Assembly (NCBI GenBank): GCA_951406725.2
Contig: OX597835.1
Span: 31,186,001-31,250,000, forward strand
DNA length: 64,000 nt
Reading direction: 5' to 3'
From: Octopus vulgaris
Lineage: Eukaryota
Below the pieces are notes generated by a model. It was not told the DNA's origin, ran no database searches, and was given only the letters and a program-made list of their open reading frames with translations. Both the position numbers and the translations under genes were made by a program. Each line of letters begins with the position of its first letter. Within the stretch, counting starts at the first letter, position 1. Below are positions 53,937-64,000 of the stretch, in pieces.

Positions 53937-54245
53937 GAGGCGCAATGGTCCAGGGTCCAGTGGTTAGGGCAGCGGACTCGGGGTTGGAGGATCGCGGTTT
54001 CGATTCCAAGACCGGGCGTTGTGTGTGTTTATTGAGAGAAAACACCTAAAAGCTCCACGATGCTCCGGCAGGGGGTGGTGGTCCCTGCTGTACTCTTTCA
54101 CCACTCTTTCTCCCACTTTCTTCTGTTGGCATACTCGCTTAGCCAGCGGGGTGGCGTCATTCGAAGGCTAAAACAATGCGAGCGCATTGTGACCAGGGAT
54201 GTGTAACAACAACTGATGGTCTGGTCGGTCACGTGATCACGTGAT
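53936..54245 (+). mobile_element. Full-length SINE family C
   Basis: GGAGGCGCAATGG...AGTGGTTAGGGCAGCGGACTCG...GGTTTCGATTCC; tail GTCACGTGATCACGTGAT; inserted in (TA)n. Confidence 0.85.
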
Positions 54246-54657
54246 ATATATTTATATATATATATATTCATATATATACATATATATATACATATATATA
54301 CACACATATATATATCTACATATATATATGTGTATGTGTGTGTGTGATGAATATGATACTCAATCTGTTATGATCAAGTTTTCAAAATGTTTTAAAAGTG
54401 AACCTATGAATTTTGGGTGAAAGATAAAGAAGAGTTCGTTTCGGTTTATAAGTTTTAAACATGTGAAATATGCTACGATGTATGTGACACCAGTCCTGGT
54501 GTCGTCCACAATGACGGGACATACATACACACGTACATTCATACATACATACATACAAATATCATGTAACACATGGCTGCTTAATAGGTAATCACGCACG
54601 TGCAAACGTACATATTTATGTATATATATTTATGTGTGTGTTTGTGTGTATGTATAC

Positions 54658-54706
<49 letters not shown>

Positions 54707-54789
54707 AATATATATATATGTATATTTGCTCACACACATATATCTTATATGCATATATACATATATATGTGTATACATATTTAAGTATA

Positions 54790-54827
<38 letters not shown>

Positions 54828-54864
54828 TAGATAGATAGATAGATAGATAGATTGATAGATAGAT

Positions 54865-54973
<109 letters not shown>

Positions 54974-54991
54974 TGATTGATATATAGATAG

Positions 54992-55025
<34 letters not shown>

Positions 55026-56115
55026 GCACATATATATAGAAATAACTTATATATATATATATGAGATATATATACATGTGTGTGTGTGTGTATGTATGTG
55101 TGTGTGTGTGTGTATGTGTGTGTGTGTGTCTGTCTGTCTGTGTGTCTGTGTGTCTGTGTGTAAGATATATATAAAGTACATCCCGGTGCAGACAATCACA
55201 TTTACATTATTGAAATTTAGCAGAATTTTAAATTGAATGTCACCGAAAGTATCAGAAATATATAGGCTTTTAAGAGTATACACACCTCACTATGCGAGCC
55301 AATGTGCTTATACATCCTAATATACATATATACATACATTATATGTATATATATATATATTTATGTAAATGTGTGTGTGTATCTTTGTATGTGTCTATAT
55401 ATACTATCATGTATTCAACTTTGGTATAGCTTGTTTTATTTAATGCCTCTATAACAGTGATCTTTATGAAAGAGAGCTCTTAACAATATCAGGAACGAAA
55501 GTAAAACGTCAGATGGAGAATAAAAAATGGTGAAATGTGAAGAAATACTCTCTGATTAATATAACCATTTTGTTGTATTGTTTCTGCAGTTTAATACGTT
55601 GTTTTAGCTGTGCTATCTCCCGTTTAAATCCTCCACTTTAATCTCATATCATTTCAACAGCTCTAGAATATGGATTTAACACGATGACGTTAGCAAATCG
55701 TTTATATGTGTGTAATATGTGTGTTTGTGTATGTACTTGTGTATGAGTGAGAGTGTTTGTTTGCGTTTGTGTGGATTTGTGTAGGATGTACTTGTGTGTG
55801 TGAGTGTGTGTGTGTGTGCGTTTGTGTGTCTGTGCATGTCTGAGTATTATATAATTTTAGATGTATTTTCACATACATATATACGTATTTATACATAAGT
55901 ATGAAGATAGGTATACGTACATACACATTTAAATGTAGATGTGCGCCTCTATGTGTGTTTGTATAAATATATATATATATAAGTATAGATGTATATATAT
56001 ATATTTAAGTATATATGTATATATGTATATATACACACACATTAATAGTTACATGAGGTAGATATACACACTCAAATAAATAAATATATATATATATATA
56101 AATATATATATAGAC

Positions 56116-56168
<53 letters not shown>

Positions 56169-56557
56169 TATATACATATATATATACATATATATATACA
56201 TATATATATATTTTTTTTTTTTTGATGAGCACAAATTTGAAGTAATTATTTTTTGTATTGTAAAGGAAATATTTTTTCCGTATTTCTTTTTATTCTCGTT
56301 TCTTCGCGACAGAATCGAGTTTTGCTTTCCTTACATTAGGGACTTCTACACTTGTAAGGACCAGCAAAACTTGGTTGGTTGGTTCCCTAAACAACTGTAT
56401 ACTCCCTTATCTTCTTCTGCCCATATGTTTATGCATATATACACATATTTGTGTATGTGTGTGTGTGCCTGTGTATTATTATAGATTAATAGACAGGCAG
56501 ACAGATATATTAAATGTGCGTGCATAGAATATATATATATATATATATATATACATA

Positions 56558-56686
56558 CAGGGTGTCCCCAAAGAATGTATACACATAGTGGTTCGGCAAA
56601 TGAACGAGAGAATAAGTACTAGGCTTACAAAGAATAACAAATTTACAATCATTTAAGGTGTGTATGCATTTTTTGGGGACACCCTG
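56558..56686. mobile_element. 129-bp Tc1/mariner-type MITE
   Basis: 28-bp TIRs CAGGGTGTCCCCAAAGAATGTATACACA / TGTGTATGCATTTTTTGGGGACACCCTG (2 mismatches); TA on both sides. Confidence 0.85.
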
Positions 56687-56742
<56 letters not shown>

Positions 56743-56759
56743 TAGAGAGAGAGAGACTG

Positions 56760-56799
<40 letters not shown>

Positions 56800-56861
56800 G
56801 TACATGCATATATCTATAAACATGTATTTATATATATATATACATATACACACACATACAG

Positions 56862-56951
<90 letters not shown>

Positions 56952-56962
56952 GATATATTGAT

Positions 56963-56995
<33 letters not shown>

Positions 56996-57144
56996 GAGAT
57001 AGAGAGATAGATAGATAGATAGATACACATACATACACATACACAGAGACACACAAACAGATGTCTCTCTGTATAGAATTGATAATTAATAATAGAACAT
57101 TATATGTCTATATATAAAAATATATATATACTTATATATATATA

Positions 57145-57193
<49 letters not shown>

Positions 57194-57238
57194 TTATACA
57201 TATATATATATATATATATATACATACATATTTATATT

Positions 57239-57298
<60 letters not shown>

Positions 57299-57846
57299 CA
57301 TCCATATATATATATATCCATTCTGTGAAGTGAAGATAACAACAATTGCAGCACCGCCATTAAGTCCACGACCAATAGCAACAACAACAACAACGTCAGT
57401 AATAAATCAGAGTGTATCATCATTCCTTATGATACAATGTCTTTCACTAAATTATCAATTAATACTATATATGATTCCGTTCTCTGTAGCAATCTGACAC
57501 CTCACCCTACCACCACCCTATCTCCTCCTCACCAGCCTCCACCCCTCTGTCTCTGCGTCTCTCTCTCTGTCTCCCATTCACACTCTCTCTCCCATTCCCT
57601 CTTATTATTCATACCTCCCACTTTGCCCCTCTTCATATTTCTCTCCTCCTTCATCGACGATTCCATATGATTTTGCTTGTTATTTTTGTATTTTTTCCGT
57701 GATATTTCTTTTCCTTTCCTTCTTTCTTTTTCGTTTTTCCTTTTTTCTTCATATTTTCGCCCAGATTCTCAACATCCTTGTTTTGGATGAATCATTTTAT
57801 ATTAATCACTTTTCTTCCTTTTCTTTTTATGCATTATTATTATTAC

Positions 57847-57925
<79 letters not shown>

Positions 57926-58073
57926 GTTGTTGGTGTTGTTTTCTAATAATAAAAGTTATATGTGTGTTGCTCTAGGTATATACACTCGGACATGTATGAA
58001 TGTGCATGTATAGATTATATAGGTTTGTATATACGGATGCATAAATGTGTATTATATGCGTGTACGTACACAT

Positions 58074-58124
<51 letters not shown>

Positions 58125-58266
58125 TCCTTAATATATAAATATATATATATATATATTAATATATATATATGTATATTTATATATATGCATATATATATAC
58201 ATATTTATATATATATATATGCATATATATAAACATATATATATTTACGTGTGTATACATACATAC

Positions 58267-58315
<49 letters not shown>

Positions 58316-58848
58316 GTAAATATATATGTATAGATATAATTATATATATATTTATGTTATTTGTATGTATGTGTACGCGCGCGCCTACATGTGTGTGTGT
58401 GTAAGGATGCGATTTATACATGTTCAAATGCGGCCATATTAAAACATATGTTATATATATGCGCATACTTATCTTTACGAGAGGGAGCTGAGATGTTCTT
58501 GGTTTTGGGTAAAATGATCAATTATGATTTCATCCAACATATTCCCCTCTCAGGTTCACACACTCATTGCAGCCGTCCTTTAGTTTTTCTAAGCCCTGTG
58601 AAAGAACTCGGAAGTTTGGGTTACCCTTAAAGCCGGAAACTTAAAGCGGCAACCCCTCGTATATCTATGTGTACGTATGCATGCAGGCATATATGGACCT
58701 ACGCGTAATTATGCTTAAAATTATACCTATGGTCACAGTAATTACATCTCTCAGCTGATAATGTGTTGAAGCTCTTGGCAACACAACTTGGATGCTAACG
58801 CAGTTTCTGCCCATGTGTATATAGATTGATCGCTCGACTACTTATTTG

Positions 58849-59295
58849 GGATCTTTTCGGTTTGAACGGCAGTTTTTTCTAGCGGTGTCATATGAAATTG
58901 TCACCCATAATTATGAGCCTAGTATCGATCTATTGCATTTCAATCTGTTTTGGGGTTAGGGTTAGTTAGGGTCAGGGTTAGTTAGGGTCAGGGTTAGTTA
59001 GGGTTAGGGTTAGGGGTAGGAGGAAGGGTATCTTTTTTTCTTCACAAATGTAAATAAACCGAATCTGTTTCTTAAACGAGGGACATATTCATACGGCACA
59101 GAATGTTTTTTTAACTCAATGGACGTCATTGGTTGGTTGAAATTGCAGAAATTGAAGAAAAAGAACGACAAATATCTTACAAACTATAGAATTTTCTCAA
59201 TAAAGCCAAGAGAAAAAGATGTTTTATAAACACATTCTACCAGTATAGGAAGTTTAAAATTATATTAAAAACTGCCGTTCAAACCGAAAAGATCC
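58849..59295 (+). mobile_element. Merlin-like MITE (447 bp) with an expanded TTAGGG-type tract
   Basis: TIRs GGATCTTTTCGGTTTGAACGGCAGTTTT / AAAACTGCCGTTCAAACCGAAAAGATCC; perfect 8-bp TSD CTTATTTG (58841-58848 and 59296-59303); inverted relative to 26010-26427. Confidence 0.9.
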
Positions 59296-59809
59296 CTTAT
59301 TTGGGTTGTGACACTAGAAGTTAATAAATATTAAGAAAAATATGTATATATATATAAATTACGAAAGTAGTGAAACGTTCATTACCATGACAACAACAAA
59401 TAATGTCAAAATTGCCCCAGTATGGCCGTGTATTGTAGGGAGATATGCAGGAGATATGGTGTGACCGAGATGACACAGCTATATACATTCAAAGTTACAC
59501 ATGCACTCACACACTTACATACAGCAAGAAATACATAGTGTTAAGGCCATACCCTCAGACAGGTAAGGAAATACATGGAATTACACACGCAGGCATACGT
59601 ACATATACATACGCATAAGTAGATTATGCATGAATCACACAAATCAGATATTCACAGACTCAGATAGACATAAGCAGAAGTATATATAGACACGGAAATA
59701 CTAAGACACTCAAACACATGTATATGTATATACATATGCATATATATATATGTATATGTACTTATATAAATTCATATATACGCAAGCATATATATGTATG
59801 TATATATAG

Positions 59810-59848
<39 letters not shown>

Positions 59849-59983
59849 AACATGTAAGAGATGGCCATAATAGGACATCTGACTAACTAGAAAGAGCAGT
59901 TAAACTTCAAACCACTAATAGTTGTAATTCTGAAATGGAAAGAGAAATATATATATATGTATGTATGTATATATATGTGTGTA

Positions 59984-60035
<52 letters not shown>

Positions 60036-60156
60036 CATATATATATATACATATATATATATACATATGTATATATATACATATATATATACATGCGTGT
60101 TAATGTGTGTGTGTATATATGTATATATGTGTCTACGTATGTATATATATTATATG

Positions 60157-60187
<31 letters not shown>

Positions 60188-60903
60188 ATACCTATCTACA
60201 TGCATTTGTGTATACACAAACAAGCGCACAAACATTCGTATATACATAAGTAAAAAAAACACGCATGCGGACACACGCAGATAAGTACATAAATACATAA
60301 ATACACGCGCAGATACCCCTAAAGACACATGCATACCACACTCACATACGTGTGCACATACAAGATGTAGATATTCCCTCTGTACGTCTACGTATTCTGA
60401 AAAGCCCAAAATCAACATTGTACATATTGTTGTGGTCCTGACTGCTTAGCAAGTTAGCATCACGCTGCGACGTGATGGGGGTTCCTGTTTCGCCCCCCAC
60501 CTAACGTCGAAATGTAATACAATGTTGTGATATGATAGGGGTTGAGAAAGAAGGATGAAACCGGATCGAAATATTCCTTGTCTGTCAAATGTAATACAAA
60601 CACATTTTTTTTTTTTTTCATCAAGGTCCATTCCTTGCTAACAGCAGTTATACACCCTGAAGAATCCTGGATATACATAGGAATGTGAGAAAAACTATGA
60701 AAGCGTATACTTACAGACAGACGTGCGTACACACACATATATACATGCATGAATATATGTGTGTGTATGTATGTATGTATGTACATATGTTTATATTTAT
60801 GTATACATATATGTACATATGTATATATTTACATATGCAAATATGTATGTAAATATATATATATATACTTACATGTATATGCATACAAATATTGAAATAT
60901 ATA

Positions 60904-61310
60904 CTCTTTACTCTTTTACTCATTTACTTGTTTCAGTCATTTGACTGCGGCCATGCTGGAGCACCGCCTTTAGTCGAGCAACTCGACCCCGGGACCTATT
61001 CTTTTTGTAAGCCCAGTACTTATTCTATCGGTATCTTTTTGCCGAACCGCTAAGTGACGGGGACGTAAACACACCAGCATCGGTTGTCAAGCAATGCTAG
61101 GGGAACAAACACAGACATACACATACATATATATATATACATATATACGACAGGCTTCTTTCAGTTTCCGTCTACCAAATCCACTCACAAGGCATTGGTC
61201 GGCCCGGGGCTATAGCAGAAGACACTTGCCCAAGATGCCACGCAGTGGGATTGAACCCGGAACCATGTGGTTGGTTAGCAAGCTACTTACCACACAGCCA
61301 CTCCTGCGCC
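60904..61310 (-). mobile_element. Full-length, well-preserved SINE family B (CORE-like)
   Basis: Minus strand GGCGCAGGAGTGGCTGTGTGGTAAG, B-box GGTTCAATCCC, GGCATCTTGGGCAAGTGTC, internal (TA/TG)n, tail ATGACTGAAACAAG(TAAAAGAG)n. Confidence 0.9.
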
Positions 61311-61622
61311 TATATATATACATATATATATATATAATAAAACATACATATACACATTTATATATACATGTGTGTATGTGCATGTGTGTGTGTGTGTTTA
61401 CTTACATATATATGTATACGAAGTGAAATGGAATAATACTATGAATAAACCGGAAAGACAAATGATTTAGGCCATAGCCAGACATACAAACACATACACA
61501 CACACATAGACACACTTATGTATGTGTATGTATATGTGTGTATAAAATTATGTGCATCAGAGTAGGCATGTAGTTATCGTTACGTATAACTACTTACATG
61601 TATCTCTCTCTCTCTCTCCCTC

Positions 61623-61667
<45 letters not shown>

Positions 61668-62088
61668 GCGCGCACACACATAGCTACATACGCGCACACG
61701 CATATATCGTATATATATATAATAATTTGAGTGGATGATAAACTTAGAAACTATTTACAGTCCCACTTCATTATTAATAAAATATTCTAATTAATTGTGA
61801 GAAAATCGTTCATCACATACAACAATAACCTTCTCAATGATTTCACCAGTTGTCTTTCATTCCTTTATAGAGAGCGACTGCTTGTTTCACAGTCTGCTTT
61901 AAGTAGGTATACTGCTTCTGTGACCTGTTTGAGTGTTGGATCACTCTTGTCTGAGGGAAGAATTTTTATTGCAACAATATCTGATATATAAATTACACGA
62001 ATGTACACAAATAATTCCACGTACACACACATACACATACATGCACATACACACAAACATGCACACACACATACATGCATATATTGTA

Positions 62089-62505
62089 TTCTTTTATTCT
62101 TTCAATTGTTTCAACTATTTGACTGCGGCCATGCTAGAGCACCGCCTTTAGTTGAGCAAATCGACCCGGCGACTTATTCTTTGTAAACCTAGTACTTATT
62201 CTATTGGTTCTCTTTTTCCGAACCGCTAAGTTACAGGGTTGTAAAAGCACCAGCATCGGTTGTCAAGCAATGTTGGGGGTTGGGGGTGACAAACACAGAC
62301 ACACAAACATATACACACATATACATATATATATATATATATATATACACACGATGGGCTTCTTTCAGTTTCCGTCTACCAAATCTACTCACAAGACTTT
62401 GGTCGGCCCGAGGCTATAGTAGAAGACACTTGCCCGAGGTGCTACGCAGTGGTACTGAATCTAGCACTATGTGGTTGGTACTTACCACACAGCCACTCCT
62501 GCGCC
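62089..62505 (-). mobile_element. Full-length SINE family B
   Basis: Colinear with 60904-61310. Confidence 0.85.
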
Positions 62506-62556
<51 letters not shown>

Positions 62557-63957
62557 ATATATGTATATATAGGCATGCATATATTTAACCATACGTTTAC
62601 ATGTATCTATGTGTGCATTCATAAATATATATATATGTATGTATGTATGCATAAGCGTATACGTATATCTCTTTATTCAACTGTATCTACATCTACAGAC
62701 ATGTTCACATACATGTGTATACGCATACATGTACACAGACAAGCTTAGAAATGTGAAACATATTGATTTCATTATCGCGTTATTACATAGTATTCAACCA
62801 ACATGATATATAACATGTGATACAATAACAACAAAGAACATTCACAACAACAAGAACAACAACGGAAGCAGCAACAGCAGCAGCAGCAAGGTCTGTTGGA
62901 ACTCTAAGAAGGACATCAGGGGTTGTTTGTACTTCGACTGCTAAAATATAGTTAGTTGTCTTGCAACGTCTTTCATACACGTGCGCGCATGCACAAACAC
63001 GATCACGTAAACTCACACACACACATATACATACACACACATGCACATTCGTGTACACACACGCGTACATGCACGCGCATGCACAAATGTATAGTTGTAA
63101 ACACTACAAGCAATCATGTACAAAATATTTACACACACACACACACACACATATATATGCTCATACACACGCACACAAGCGCAAATACATATTTGTACAC
63201 ACCACACACATATCCACGCATAAAATTTTACACACACACACACATACACATACACACATATACACATACACGCATAAATATCTATATAGCTTCGCATACG
63301 CTTTCATACATAATCACATTTTTGCTCCTTTTCACACACACACACACACACGCACACACTCAAATTTACACAGACACGCACTTATACATGTTCATAATTT
63401 CACACACACACACGCGCGCGCATGCTGACTTTCACATACACAAATACTCACATACACATACACACACACATACACACACACATACATACACATATACATT
63501 GTAATGATTGCCTAGTTCCCTTTCATGAATGAAGTAGTCATTGTATGAAAATTGGGGTAGAAATAATAACCAAATGCCCTCAATTTAACCGTTATCCATC
63601 TGCTATGTGAGGATGCATTAGATGTCCTAGATTAATACGTCTAAAATTAATTAGGGATGGCCATATTGGCAAAATCATTTGATCATATCCATAAGTCTCG
63701 GTCGATACAAGAACCTAATTCTTTTATGAAATCCACCGATGTTAGGATGTTGTGATGTTCATTCTTTTCCAAGAAGTCACAACCTGTATTTTTCAAGTGA
63801 CTTCAGCTGAGAATTGAAACCCAAACGTCGGTTTACCCCAACCGTTGCAGCTCCTATTTTGCTCGTCAGATATTAAGATCTTACGACTAAAATGAAATGG
63901 CGTTCTTTGTTGTTGTTGTTAGTGACCTTGGTGCTTAACTCCTGGTTATTTCTGATT

Positions 63958-64000
63958 AAGGCGGCGAGCTGGCAGAAACGTTAGCGCGCCGGGTGAAATG
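63958..64000 (+). mobile_element. SINE family A head, cut by the window end
   Basis: AAGGCGGCGAGCTGGCAGAAACGTTAGCGCGCCGGGTGAAATG. Confidence 0.8.

Noticed and set aside
58952-59020. Interstitial telomere as a chromosome fusion scar
   Set aside because: The tract lies inside a TIR/TSD-bounded MITE and is present in the second copy too; no head-to-head TTAGGG/CCCTAA junction.

Overview
Eukaryotic (animal) non-coding DNA, very AT-rich and saturated with microsatellites ((AT)n, (AC)n, (AG)n, (AGAT)n, (ACAT)n, (AAT)n, (GAT)n, (AGT)n, (ACC)n). The repeat landscape and the tRNA-derived SINE families resemble an octopus/coleoid cephalopod genome; this is recognition, not a database match. No intact, recognisable host protein-coding gene is present, and nearly all ORFs in the track are translations of simple repeats. 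Supported features: a full-length but inactivated DD34D mariner (47579-48860, TA TSD); two copies of a GG-ended, 8-bp-TSD (Merlin-like) MITE carrying TTAGGG repeats; a 129-bp Tc1/mariner MITE holding a SINE fragment; three tandem piggyBac-like MITEs nested in an ~80-bp minisatellite; two non-autonomous Helitrons; 3' ends of L1/Tx1 and CRE retrotransposons; about six Penelope-like terminal fragments with minimal hammerhead-ribozyme motifs, all on the minus strand; and about 30 SINE copies from several modular families. The best non-TE candidates are a possibly frameshifted orphan ORF at 38608-39157, a near-consensus CTCF site at 8182-8200 and a 190-bp palindrome at 37573-37763. I see no CRISPR array, rRNA or genuine tRNA gene. 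Many boundaries of degenerate repeats are approximate.
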